Below are positions 1 through 14,200 of a stretch of 64,000 nucleotides of DNA, in pieces; the stretch's first letter is position 1; the number at the start of each line of letters is the position of its first letter. Both the position numbers and the translations under genes were made by a program. Location of the stretch: assembly GCA_051362555.1 (NCBI GenBank), contig CM120640.1:50136788-50200787 (forward strand). Direction: 5' to 3'. The stretch comes from Lingula anatina (taxonomy: Eukaryota; Animalia; Brachiopoda). The notes under the pieces were generated by a model. That model was given only the letters and a program-made list of their open reading frames with translations, did not search any database and was not told the origin of the DNA.

Positions 1-404
1 CATCTGTTTTTCAATGTCTCCTATTATCTGATGGGTCAAAAAATCCATGACAACATCATTAGTTAATATTGTGTCAAATGAAAACATAATTGTTTACTAC
101 TGACTTTTCAAACCTTTTATTGGAAATCATGTCATTACCTGTGGTAATTATATAAATAAATGCTTGTTATTTACTTAGCTCTAACTTTAATGTTAAAAAA
201 CATTGTTAAAACTTACAATTATTCACATACAACTTTCATCATCCAAATCCATTGATCAAGTGAATGTTCTATTTGAATCCAATCTTACATTTCTGGCATT
301 GTTGAGTATTGTGTTTACAATAATCTAGAATGGATTGTCCTGTCAGAGGAAGATGATTTTTATGTATTATAGCAAAAGTATCTCTGATGCCACTGTAGAA
401 TTTT

Positions 405-663
405 TATGTACAGACACATGTGTCTGTACATATTGCCATCACCTGCGTCTGTCGTCGCCGATGGCGATGGCGATGGCGATGCCGATGCCGATGCCGGCGC
501 CGTGCACTTTCCTTGTAAACACGATAAGTGGAGGGCAGTTTTACTTTTTGGCTTTATATTTACAGAGCTGATGAATATTCATAAAACGCAGGTCAAGTTC
601 GAAAATCAGTATGATTGGGCCATTATTGTAGAAGTTATGCTGTTTTTTCACTTTTCAGCATAT
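405..663 (+). mobile_element. Helentron/HINE (DINE-1-like) non-autonomous element fragment, copy 1
   Basis: T-run, perfect 28-bp palindrome TATGTACAGACACATGTGTCTGTACATA (405-432), GGCGAT/GCCGAT hexamer microsatellite (about 455-500), then a core nearly identical to 1375-1540. Family assignment rests on this architecture only. Confidence 0.7.
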
Positions 664-1316
664 TTTTCACATTTCCTCAGATTCAATTCTTAGGCATGTT
701 AACAGTCTCATTATTAAACTAATAAGATACATAAAAGTGTTTGTTTGACATTTCCTGCATCTTTACAACATTGTTAGTTGATTTTGTAAAAAAGATGGTA
801 AACTTGTTATCATGTATTGTGTAATAAAGTTTCAAAAATAGAAAAAAACTCATATCATTGCAGTTTGTCAGATTCAATCATTCACTATGTTCAGAATCTC
901 AGAATGGAAGAAATTGGACATTTAACACTGCTCTGTTGATATTTTTCCCATCTCATCAATTTTCTTAGTTGATCATATAAAAATGGCAGTAAACTGTTAA
1001 TTTTGTTTTATGTTAAAAATTGTTAAAAATGGAAAAAAAAACATTTCAGAACAGTGCTGTCTTGTTTACATTTTGGCATTTTCAAGTTGTGACTTTGAAG
1101 TTCCATGGGCCTGAAGACCTTTGCTAGTCACATTTTCTGAACATCCATGATACTAATATTTTATTATTAAAAATTGATGGTCATTATGCTGTTAAACATT
1201 ATGTAATATTGCATCAAAATTTGAAAAAAACCTATTTTGGGCACTGTTCCCATGATGACCATTTAAGAAAAAAACCATGTCAATTACTGTTCTTAAACAG
1301 TACAGTAAATATATAT

Positions 1317-1690
1317 AGATGTGTCTGTACATATTGACATCACCTGTGTCTGTCGTCGCCGTCATCGCCGTCGCCGTGCACTTTCATTGTAAGCACGATA
1401 AGTGGAAGGCAGTTTTACTTTTGGGCTTTATATTTACAGAGCTGATGAATATTCATAAAACACAGGTCAAGTTCAAAAATCAGCATGATCGGGCCTTTAT
1501 TGTAGAAGTTATGCTTTTTTTTTTTCACTTTTCAGCATATATGCAACACTGTAAACACATTTCAAGAAAAACCGATAGGCTTGTTGTCATGAAACTCACA
1601 GGAGTAATTGATCTTACTAAAACGCAAGTCAAGCATGCAGCCTGAGTTGGAAAAGCAGTCTAATTGGCTTCTTTTTCTGGAAGTTATACA
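1317..1690 (+). mobile_element. Helentron/HINE-like element fragment, copy 2, with a second diverged internal monomer
   Basis: Aligns by eye with 418-663 with few substitutions and a shorter microsatellite. 1549-1690 is a diverged second unit (tgtaaacac...taaaacgcaagtcaag...gaagttat). Confidence 0.7.
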
Positions 1691-1960
1691 TGTTCAAAGT
1701 GTGAACTTGAACTCCCATGGGCCTGAAGCCTTATGCTTGTTACACATTTTACTTACATTGGTATTACCTGTTGAGCATAATTAAAATTTGATGTTAAATT
1801 TGCAGTTTAACATAATGTACTTTTGCATCAGAATTGACATTAGCCTATTTTGTGCATAGTTATTTCCTGCTTTTTGTCTGTACATTTGACAGCTTTGCTG
1901 CCTTGTTTAACAAGCCATCAATAATGCAATATTGGCATTTTGGTCTACAAGAGAAAGCAT

Positions 1961-2121
1961 CAGGGGCGGATTTAGGTCGTCTTCTGGGTCTTCCGGAAGA
2001 CGGTCAGATTTTCAAGTTTACATTGTTGGGCATCTAATATTTTCTGTCAGAAGACGGTCAAAAATGGATCAACAAAGATAATTTGGAAGACTGTCAGAAA
2101 ATATCTCTGGATCCGCCCCTG
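1961..2121. mobile_element. 161-bp MITE
   Basis: 11-bp terminal inverted repeats CAGGGGCGGAT / ATCCGCCCCTG, flanking direct repeat AGCAT (1956-1960, 2122-2126), and an internal repeated GAAGAC(G/T)GTCA motif. Confidence 0.85.
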
Positions 2122-2208
2122 AGCATTATCATCTTTGCATGAATGTGATGCCCTATTGCAGGTGTGTCATGAAATAAATGTATATTAGTATAAATTGACA
2201 TTTTTCAG

Positions 2209-2284
2209 ACTGAGACTGGCACAGCACTGCATGAAGCAGCTTTGTTCTGCAAGGTCGGGGTTGTTAGACTTCTAGTTGACAGGG
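2209..2284 (+). CDS. ANKS1: ANKS1 exon, last ankyrin repeat ([26 protein letters not shown])
   Basis: tttttcag acceptor and gtaaga donor; ankyrin consensus G-T-ALH-AA...VV-LL--G, similar to recalled human [12 protein letters not shown]; phase 0 to 1. Confidence 0.93.
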
Positions 2285-5200
2285 GTAAGAACATCCAGCA
2301 CTGTATTTGTGAAGTGTTATCTGTTCAATATTTACCATATTTAAAGTTTTAATACCTGGTAATTAATGGATGTTTCAATTACATGTTTCAATAATTATGA
2401 CCATTGCCTGTTATAGCATTCACAGAACACAAAGTGTAGCAGATTATCCATGTACTTTGCACTTAAAAGCTTTTAAAGGACCAGCTTATTACATTGATTT
2501 TCACCTTAAAACCATTAAAATATTTCAGCAAGCCCGACTGTCCTGGTGTGAACAAATGATTAAAAAGGGCTGTTTAAGTATATATTGGTCACTCTGTCTC
2601 TTCATTTATTACTTGTATTTGATCAGGCATCAACCCTATGATCAAGAATCAAGAGCACAAGACTGCACTAGGTTTGTTCCATTCTCACAGGTCAGCCACC
2701 CAGGCCACATTGGACACAGTACATATCTTACAAGGTGAGCTTATACAATGGGATAAAATGAACTGTTGTGAGCTCTGAGATGACTTGGGGGCAATTTGGA
2801 CTTCTTTTAACAAGCTGATCTTTAATATGCCATTGCCACAGTTGATATGTCACATTTTGCTGGTGTGCTCTCTCTTTAATCGGAATGTCGGTGAATTTTG
2901 GCAACCATTGTGACTGGGTCTTGTTGGAAAAATAGTAATTATATATTATCCTTATCACTGAAAGTTGGTAAATAAGTGTCATGGATTTTGATGAATAATT
3001 CAGGATTGCTCATGCATTGTACAGTAAGCAGTTAAAAAAGCAATATTGGCAATCTTATTAAAAGGCACTCAGTATGGACATTTCATAGGCTGAAGCTGGT
3101 CCTAATGGATGTTCCTATACATTATTGTCTCCAATTGACCATAAAAGAAATGACTGTGCATTTGGATGGGATTGGAATGAGACATTTAGATGCAACAGCT
3201 ATTGATAAATCATTTGGTGGGTAGTGATTTGTTTTATCTTGTGCTTGCATCCCACTATTGCCCATGGATTATGGAGCGTCCAGCCTTCATGTCTGCTGTT
3301 TTCTATACATTGGGGATCATGATTTTATGAGAACCAGGTAGAAGACTTGGTATCATTGCTGAGTATTTATATTCCTAAGAGATCTCACTTTGTTTAATTT
3401 TTTACTAGCTATGTAAAAACTTACACCCAATATGATATGCTTCAGTTTGATAACCTTCTTACTTGGTACAACCACAATGTGATGTCTGACTTGTAATGTG
3501 AAGGGGGTAACAATCATAATTTTTCATGTTGGATGAACATTCACTGAGCTGAAACTGGGTCATAAAAGTTTTATCTCAAACCTGGGGAACATAGTCTACA
3601 TGTAAAAAAAGAAAACTGTTCCAATATTTCAGACAAAAGCCACCATAGTTTGTGTGTTATCCTTAGCCATGTGCTAATGGTTCATCTAATTGATTGTTGT
3701 GCATAATTAGCCAAAGCAATGTGGAGAACATGTCCTATATCCTTGCCACTTGGTATCTGCAGGTATATAATGTGCAGTTTACCTTAAGATTATGATACCA
3801 GAAATAATGATGGAGTATCTAGAGAGTAAGCATAATATAAGTCAAATAAAAGTCTCCTGAGGACATCATTTTTGTGGATATATTGAGCATTCAGTGCTTC
3901 ATATTTAGTTGGGTGCCTCTTCTCCAGATGATGTAATCCCCAAGATGATCAAGAATTTTATTTATTTTAGTATTAATTTTTGGCATTATGGAATGCAAGA
4001 GTGTGTCTGGAATAAAAGAAATAAAAAAGTGCCTTCTGTCCCATTCATACATGTAGCAAACTAGAAGTCATCGGGGAGCCATCAATTCCAGCATGTTGTT
4101 GGAAGCTAGGCAACCAAGAAACCAGGATGGCATTTCTCATCTAATTAACTTACTATTGATAAATAGCTGCCTTATCAACCCTTGTTGTCTGTTTATGAAT
4201 GTGTTGTCAGAATGCATAGAATGTTGCATTATTCTGTACATTAAATTACATGTATGTGATGGTAAGGAATGCCTCTTGATTATTTTGCATTAGTAACTGT
4301 AAGTACGGATATATGTAAGGCACAATTCTAGGCTTTTGTCTTGTTGGGCAGCTTGTCTTCATTTACAGCCATTAGTTCATATTTTCTGTGATGGTTAATT
4401 GTATACTTGTCACCTGTTAAAAAAAAAGAGGAAAAAATAGAATGTTGCAAATACAGTGAGTGAGCAGGCAACAGACAAAGTGCAACTTAAATGTCAATAT
4501 TGGAAGTTTGTTTCCATACAGAGAATTCTGGGCCATTAATCACCATTGTTGCATGCTGTCTAGAGGGTATTGCCAGTACAGTCTTCTCAGGTCTAAATTT
4601 CCCATTCTAATTTCCCATTTTGTACAAGATACGAGGCTCAGAGGGGATATTGACTCGTTTTCCTGATAGACTTCCCATCACTGATGTACATTTTAATCTT
4701 TTGGTGAATGTTATCTGCATAGAATAACAGTTGTGCAAAACCACACTGATCACTGGTTTTATGCTGACATTTTATCAATGGGTGAATATTTGTATGGGGA
4801 ATTATCCATTTTTACTTCAACACATGTTGCATGCTTTTGATATTTAAGTCTATTGATTGGAACATCTAGGGTTACATGTAAGTACTGGGTAATCCTTTAC
4901 ATGTACATCTGACACTACTGCAGAGTCCGCAAGGGACTGGGCAAATGGCGCCTTGCTGAAGATGTTTATAAATAATGCATGTACATCATGTACCTTACAA
5001 GTTAGATTAGGTCATGTATATTCTTGTTTGTTTAATATTATGTTTTAAAGCTAAGTATTCCTCACTTGCATTGCTTGTATATAGAGTTGCCGGACTATTA
5101 ATCTATGGTGTTTAAATTTTCTGATCTTTCTTGTAAGAAATATAATTGTTTAGGTTATTGTTTCATTACAGGGAATTGTTTTTAGAAACTTTAAAGTAAC

Positions 5201-8200
5201 TGTAAATGCCTCCAGGCAAAGAAAGGTCCCCCTGACTCCAGCACTGAAAAATAGTTATTGTCAGGGTGTATTATGCTGTAATTTGGTACCAAATGCACTA
5301 AAGGTACTTTTATTAGAATCATAACATATTTAATCTCATTACTTGCAGATTATATGAGAAGAAAGCAGCTACCCTTTGAGGAAATCCTTCCCACAGAAAA
5401 ACCTTCCCAGAAACCCACAAATCTGGAAGTTCCACCCTCAGCATCATTACTTCCTACTGACCCCACAATGATAAAGCGTGCAGCTTCAGCAAAACAACAG
5501 CCTCGGAGCAATATTTATGAACTAGTCCAAGCAGTTCAAGATGACAATAACACAGAGGCGATTTATCATGAACCTCCTCCTCCAGTTGAGGCAAATGGCA
5601 GCTCCATTTCCACCTTCCCAACAAATATGTCTTCCAGTGGAAAGCCAGCTTCAGAAGAAAGTGATGATAATGATGATGACACATATGCAGAACCACCACC
5701 ACCACGCCCCGTACCAAAGCCTCGCTCTGGGTCCAGTGTGTCTAAGGGAGAGGAGCCTCATTCAGGGTATGGGGAGGAGGTAACAGAGGAGAGGAAGTCA
5801 AACCTATATTCCAAGGTCAATAAAGATAAAAAAGCTGAAATTAAGCATGATAGGTAAGAACATATATTTTTTACTTTGATTTTTCTATCTGTTCATGTTA
5901 TTTTCTTTTAAAGGAGCCATGCTAGATTTTAATTGAGTTATTGCATCAGGATCACATGAATGAAGATGTGGAAAAGTCCGCAGAAATGGATATACAGACT
6001 AATTATAGGAATTTTGTAAATATCAAATTTAAGAACTCACGTTAAGAACATGTAAGTAATTGGTTCTTAGTATTTGTAAATTAGATAGCATTTGGCATTC
6101 TAAAAGTGTAAATTGGTTTTTTAATGCTAATAATATAATTAAATCTCAGCTTGAGGAAATGTGAACTGATAAGCAATTACATATTTTAGTCAATTCTGAT
6201 TAAATAAATAATAATATAATTAAATCTCAGCTTGAGGAAATGTGAACTGATAAGCAATTACATATTTTAGTCAATTCTGATTAAATAAAAAATAACCTAG
6301 TGCAGTGAAAGTATTTTATAAAACGTCACTTCTTTGTGGTACCTAGTTTAATTGCCATAATTTCATTCATGGATGCTGAATGCCCATCAGTTTCTTTGAT
6401 AAGTTAGCCAAGAGGATGGTCATGACTTTAAAATCTCATAATGGCCAATTGATCAAACCTCCCATATGGTCAATTAACTTTGATTAATAAATATGGACAT
6501 TACATATCCATTTACATTGACTTGGTATTAGAGGGGGATCTATTTTAATTACCTCATTAATTATGAGGGATGGTTAATTGGGGATGAAGATAAGTACTCC
6601 AACAATTAAAATGAATATCTGACCTCCATTAAGACAACCATCATTTAATAATCATTGATTATTTGTCCATGCAGTATAATGACTAAGGATGTGTACAGGA
6701 AAAAGAAAGGGCAATCTCTTTTTCATGGACAGTTATGTGTTGGCCACACAAACAGTTGGCTATAGGAGGCCCATCTTGACCATTATTGTTTCAATAAACA
6801 TGCATTTGTCATGCCCAGTATAGCTTGGTTACTGCTTTCCTCTAGAGAGGTAGGTGATCATATTGTCATAACTTGGGATGCAGTTCACTGAACACATTAT
6901 CACCACACATGAAGCTTGGTGATTTTCATGAGAAAGGCTGACTAGGCTTTAGCTAGAGTTAGAGAAAATCAGATTTACAAGTCCAGAAGCATACCATTAA
7001 TGAAATAAGCTTGTAGCTGTCACCAGTAGCTTTATTACATTAGTGGTGGGAAGAAGATGTGTCTAACTTACAGAAGAGAGCATTGCTGAAGAAAGAAACT
7101 GGGGGAGCCAATTATAATCTTCATTGGTTGTGATGTGAATGAAGCAATAAAATGCAGGCAACTGGCAGTGATATGATAAAGAAAATAAGATACATATAGC
7201 AAAAGAAATTACACTGCCATCATTATTTTGTTATGGGAGAACTAGTTTTGGAATGAAGGATTTGTTTGCCCAAATTATGTTTCATTTTCTACAGAGACAT
7301 ACGTCTTATTGCTTCAAAGATACCCTGATTATTTGTTCATTTAAAAAATTGAGTTAAGTAAAGAGTTATTTAAAGCTATTGTGATATAAATCACCGTGTG
7401 ATCAAGAAAATGTCTATTACCATCATGAGTAAGATCCATGTCTTTTCCATTATCAGTCTCTTACCTGGATTTAGTTTAAAATAAATTACAATGACAATGA
7501 CTTTGTAGGAGAAAGTGTTAACTTTAAAAGTTAAGCCAGCTTATTATTTTAAATTATACATTAATATGTATGATCATGTTTTCCCCAGACATGTAAAACA
7601 ACTGGTGCTCACTCTGAGCTGACCCATGTGCTATAGATGTCCATAGATTTTCTTTTCCCCACAAATGATCTGCTGCCTTCAGTACTTGGAGGAGCCATCA
7701 GTGACAATGCGAAACAAATTATTTGTAGCTGACAGCTGATAGAAGTCTGGATTATTGACCAGAAATAGAATAAAATAGATGCCAGGTATGAACTTGATCT
7801 GTGTGCACAAGCTTTAAGGCGACTGTGTTGGCTGAGAATTTGAGAGTTTTCTATGTCTGTTTGTCATCAGAGTAAGTGGAGATCTATGCTACCTGATTTT
7901 GACGGAAGGTTAGAATTGTTCCCAAATTGATTCCTTCAGTCTGTTAGGTACCTCTCCTGGGGAAAACAGTTTAATGAGATCTGAGGAACTCTCACTGTGC
8001 AACTGGAACAGTGCCTTGTTGATCACAAGTCCATGGTTTTATGAAAGATGAAGATTCTATGTATATAGCAGCTACTGGTAACTGGCCGACTTCAGATTCA
8101 AGCTGGGATGTGAAAAATGATTGTTGATATTGCCTAGGCTTATTGAATTTGCTATACAAAGAGAGGGACATTGCCTGTGAATTTCATTATGGATTTCTGA

Positions 8201-11200
8201 AAGCATACAGGAATGAGGAGTTTTCTGAAAGTGTTTTTATCATATGTAGTTCTTACTGGATAGAGAGGTATAGAGAGGTATGTATAAATTCATTCATTTT
8301 TACTGCACAATATAGTAATCTATTACATTTTTTGTTTTGGTCAAGAATTCAAAAAAAGCTGAATATTACAAAAATACACAAAACATAACAGTAAGTTGTT
8401 TTATCAAGTTGCTTTAGAGGGTTGATTATAGGTAGTCTTACATAAACCAGCTGACAAAAACTGAATATCACTGGGTCTGGAATGTATTTTGTTTGTTAGA
8501 TTTGGTTTCATAAGGAAAGAAAGTATCATTGATTCATTTGATAAGATCAACAGTTTAACCATGTTACAAGTCCCAAAACGGACACCCATTTTAGATATAT
8601 TGATGTTTTGTATGCATTCAGACTGACACGAGAGACTTCCTTTTCTGTTAATTAAATCTGTGTGCATCAAGGAAGATAGATAACATCAGAGACATGTTTT
8701 CACTTCAAAAATCTAACCTAAACATTAAGAAGATAGATAATTGCTTTCCATTTCGTTTATTATTTTATTATTCTTTTTTATTTTTATTTATTTTATTTTA
8801 TTTTTTCTTTTATTTATTTATTATTTTCTTTTTTGTACATAAAAGAATCACTGTTCTGTTTCCAGTGCCAGATGTCAAAATAATGGCTCTGTTGTGTGGC
8901 TGTCACTTCTTGCTCAGTCAGCTAGAGCTTGATGTGAAAGGTCTACCAATATTGAAATATTGGATTTGATCTTTGGTCATGTTTTGAAATTATAATGCAT
9001 ATAGATATCCTGTTACCCATGAACTTTCAGTGATTTCGTCAACTAAAAGCCTGATATCATGTTCATTGCAGTGATTTAAAAAGTAACTAATTGTATGGTT
9101 GTACCTTCAGTAACTTGCAGCAGTTCAAACAAATTGTTCTTTGTGGTTTGAAATGGTAAGGTTTTAGTTCCTGCTGAACTGGATATATATTCTGTCTAGT
9201 TAATGCAGTTTAGATGCACATTTCATGGTTATTTATCTTTCTGTGATGCAATAGAACCTGGGTAAAACTGCTTGGAAAAAGTAACAGTTTAAAAAGCATT
9301 AGAGCACGTAGAATGGTTAGACTAGACATATTTATATGGTACTGGGACTACTTTGAATCATGTGCCTTAGAGTTAAGTGGCACAGTAAGCTCTGAAAAAA
9401 GAAAGATTTTCCAACATATTGTCATGATTTAAATTCATATTTATTACAGAGCCCAGCCTCAGTACAACACAGAGATTTTTTAACTGAGCAAAAAAAAAAA
9501 AAAAATGGAACAATAAGGTTTGGAGAAGAATTTAGAGTGTAATATCAGTGTTTTTTTTATCACATTTGAATATTTCTATTTCTAGTGTGCTCAGTACCTG
9601 CAGCTCTGTAGATATTCCTGCAGTTCCTCCCAGAGATCTGTACCAGGAAGACACAGATGACCTGTATGACGTGCCATCTGCACTTCTTAGGAAAGGTAAG
9701 ATGATTTATAATAACACATTTCATCACTACCTTCACCACTTTTGGTCACCAGCCTGTTGTAAGATATTCATTTGTGTATGAATTGCTTATAACAGTTTCT
9801 ATATCAGGAACTATAATTCAGCTTTGAATCGATCATGTTTCTTTGGTTTTGACTGGCTACAGGCTTTTTATGAAATGTCATAAAATGGATAAGGTATCTG
9901 ACTGGCCTGCTCTGGAGATGATGTGATATCAAAGACATTTTAAGTGTACATCTGGTGCTTAGATTTTTCTACTTTGATCTTCAACTTAAAGGTACAAGAA
10001 AGTGTAATGGTTGGATTTCAACCAGTTCACATTCAAAACAGGGGTACGATCGACTTCCAGCAAAATTTATTGTACAGGGGTAATAAAGAGAGAAAAAAAA
10101 AACGGTTAATAGGAATCCCTGACATTTATGTGTTTGTGTAACATCTGGGAATGCAGGTGTATTGAGTACAGAGAATAATTAATTAGAACGTTAATGCAGT
10201 GCTTGGGTGAAGTGTGGCAAGCAGGCAGGCATCTTAAAGATGCCTCGTACAACTATATACGATAGACTGAAGAACCTCTAGGAATGAGACTACATTACTA
10301 AAATGATTAATGATATGCTGATTGAATGCACAGTTGCTTATTGAACAGTAAGTCTCCAAATGTATAATTACGATTATATTAGTCATATTTTCATTAAAGC
10401 AATAATAACTCTTCCTTTGAGATTCAAAAATCCGCATGAAATACATTGTAAACAACGCATGGAAATATATTCTATTGTATTTTACCACTAAAACGGCCGT
10501 TATTGTAGGAAAACTAAAATCTGTGCTTGTCAATAGGGCTTTCGCTCCCTTTTTTCCGGTCGACAAGTGCATTCGTTGCTAATGATGTAATGGTGTCACG
10601 CCGATTCTCGCGTTCATTCGAGACCAAAATAACATGGCGGGAAACCCTCAGACGTAAGTTGCGAGTTTTTGTACAGTGCGTCGGATAACGAAAAGCCCAG
10701 AATGGCACACATTGTGGATATAAATGCATTTTTAACAAAAAGACGAAAATATCTCATGAATCTTATATAGTGTTGTTGTTGTCTGCTTTTCCCACGGTTT
10801 TAAGTAGGTCACCAGTGACTTTGCAATGTCAGAGAGAGCTCCGTCAGTTAAAATCTCTTAAGAGATTTTAACAAAAAACCGTACGTTTAGGAAAAAAACC
10901 TGGATTAACTTTGAATGCAGGAATGGGGTCGTTGGCCATTGGTAAGTACGGGAAAATTGCCGTTTTTTCCAGGAAAATCCAATTTTTGGCCAAAACGAAG
11001 AGTTATTATGACTTTAAGAACATAGGGATATGCATAAAGTGACAGTTTTTTTTTTTTTTCCAAAATGACTGCCGTTTTATGCCAACTATTATATCCCACA
11101 GAACTCTCACTGAGTTTTTACTTTAGGTTTAGGAAAACAACTGGTCTTGGGTATCTGTAAAGAGGAATAAATTGAGGACATGTGCATATCTCCCACTTAC

Positions 11201-14200
11201 ACTTTTGTGATATCCTATAACTGCAGTCTAGCTTATTTATTGTATTGGGAAGAACACTCAGACATTGTAACAGCTAGTCCTAGTTTAATGTCAGATATGT
11301 GGCTGTTGTTGAAAGCTAAAATTGGTTATTTTGTTTAATTAAAATGGAGTGTATTTATCAGACAGAATGTTTTTCTTTGTTCTCAGTTTCCAAGCTTAGC
11401 ACCTATATCACTATGATGTGTTCAATAAGAGAGATAGATTAGAACTTGATTCTAGTGCACTAATACTAGACAGGGCAATGGGACTTGATTACAATAGCAA
11501 TAATGATGTTGGTACAATTTTGAGGAATGCTGCTGAACCAGTTAGAGTAAAGATAAGGAAAATTTTAAGTCTTGTCATTAAGTGCAAAGTCAGTTTTCAA
11601 AAAAAGAAAAGAGTTAAAATGTTTTTGAAAAATATACTTTGACTCGTTTTATTCATATGTTCATTTTGTTAAATTTAGTTTCCTAGTTAGTTTATGAAAC
11701 TACAGCTATGAACATTGAACAATGTAGACCATTTATCTTTTTCAAACCTTTCTGATAGCCAGAGAATCAGAGCAGTTTTATCATTTAATATCCTCCATGG
11801 CCAAATGCCAGACATCATTGCCTCAAACAACTAAAATATTCCAAGTAATTTGTTCTAGCTGCTCAGTCATCTTCATTGGCATTTATCAGAGATTATCGTG
11901 CATTATGTTGCATGGCATGGATCTGATGATTTGGTATTGACTTCTCAACAGCTGCTGTCCCTTCAGCCATGAGTGTAAAATGACTTGCATTTGTAAAATG
12001 TTATGAAAAGTTGAAGTGTGAAAAGACATGCTATATATATATATATATATATAAGGTTAGGCCTATTACCATTAGCTTTTCAAACAGCTGTGTGCTTTTA
12101 TTCATACTTTTGAGAGCCATGTGCTGATTATACATGATTTGTCATTTTTCCTGCCTCTCAGCAGACAGGGAAATACTTAATTGGCACTTAAAATCCTTGA
12201 AGCATATGAAAAAGATGTTAGAAAGTTGCTAAGACAGATGCTTTATCATAGTAACACAATTTTATTTTGAATATTCATTGTTAACATCAGTGATATGTGA
12301 CGATCTCAGGCATAGTTTAAAAATTCTGTGTAGACATATCACTTATTTCAGAGGTGAGGATTATGAAAGATTCATTGAAATTCAGTGGGGGTGGTGACAT
12401 TTAGCAGAGAGTTTCACAGCACTGATTTCCCAGATGTGGGAGCAATGATTTATCAATTCAATTTTAACCCTCAAGGGGAGCAAAATTAGCATGAAAGTGG
12501 AGATTATCTGTGAGTGCATCTTCACAGACAGATAGCATTTTTTCAGGCCCATTAATCCTGTTTAACATCCAATTCCAGAATTTTCTGCATATTAATTGTC
12601 ATTGCGAATACCCTAGTGCTTAAAAGTTTGCCATAAAAAGAAAGGTCTTGTTGCATGTTTTGTTTTGCATTGAATTTATTGTGTTATGTTGATTTATGCA
12701 TTTCAAAGATCTGTACAGCATCAGTCATTTTGATATTTTTCATGGAGGAGAAGTTACTGCCGTAACAGTGATATTATAATGTAAATTTTATATCCAGTTC
12801 CAGAACCAGAGTCAGCTCAGCTTCTTCCTCCCCCTCCCCAGCCTGGTGCCTGCAATACCTCCAGTTATATGAACATGGGGGGAATCCTATCTCAGCAGCA
12901 GAAAGAAACCACTAAGAAATCTGTAAGTATTTTCTCTTCTCTTCAAAGAAGTCTGTAAGGACTTTCTTTCTGTTCATGACACGGAAAATATCATGAATCA
13001 CTTGCAGGTGCCTTTTTTTTTTTTTTTTTTTGCTCTAGAGAAAAGGAAAGATAATGATTTATTCTGCTACAATGTATTGCAGAATTTAAATATAGATTGA
13101 TCATGATAATCAAGGGATTTTAATTTATTATTTATTCTCAGTCTGCAGTTCCTGCTAAACCACCAAGAAGGAGAACTCTTGAAAGAGGCCTTGATGGCAT
13201 AGAGGTAAAACTGTCATCTTCCCCTAAAATGACATTAGGGACATCACCAAGAGAGAGTTATGAAAATGTCAGCCTAGACACAGAAACCAGCATGGACATA
13301 ATTAAATCTGTTCAGATGCAAACATCAGAAAGAGACTCTGCTAGTCAGCCATTGGGAAGATCTTCAGTTGAGTTTTATGAGCTAATGAGTCCCAAAGCTG
13401 ATGAAAATTTGAACAAGAAACCTAACTACCCCCAGCGTAGCAAGCAACCTCAGCCTCAAGCAGAATTGTACACAAATGTTGAAACCGTAGCTTCTCACAG
13501 CAGTGCCACTGAGGTGCATCCTGTGCCTCTCAGTACCAGAGACTCCAAGAATGCAGTAGGTGAGACTTACGAAAATGTGTCTCCACAAAATATCAGCCAG
13601 ATGGGCTCAGGTGGTCAGGAGAGTGCAGAGGATGTGGGTGTTGTAGAAGGTAAGATATTCTGAATTGCAGGTCTTTTTGCTTTGGTTTATGATACCTTTA
13701 TTATACAAGCCAAGTGTAAGTCATGTGGGTTAAGCCTGAGGAAGTGATTAAGGGTTTGTATTATCTTTGATGCTGGTGGTGTCATTTATCAAAAAATTGG
13801 CTAAGACATGACTTTTGTCCATAATTGACATTTTATTATCGAACCAAGTTGCATATTTCATACCCTGACTTCCGTGCATGCCAGTAACCTCATATTTAAG
13901 CCTCCATATATGTGTGCTAATTAGACTCTGACATTCACTTAGATTGGAGTTAACTACGTCAGTCACAAAAAATGCATCTAGTCCTCTGGATTCTGTAGAA
14001 AGACATGATATAATTGATAGAGCCATCTGACATTTGTGATTGTTGTGGTAAACTAAATCAATTGCCATTGTAGTTTATTCATGACAAGAAAAATTGAAAA
14101 TGAAGAAGCTGGTCCACAATGGCTCAGAAACTCTGGTTGATATTTCACCTTCCATAACATTTCCCAGTTTTAACATTCAAAAAAATAGTATGATTTGCTA

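Noticed and set aside
335-1645. ORFs 335-571, 406-693 and 1319-1645 with MAMAMPMP/DGDGDADA runs and mutual similarity
   Set aside because: They are translations of the repeated element and its hexamer microsatellite, not a gene family.
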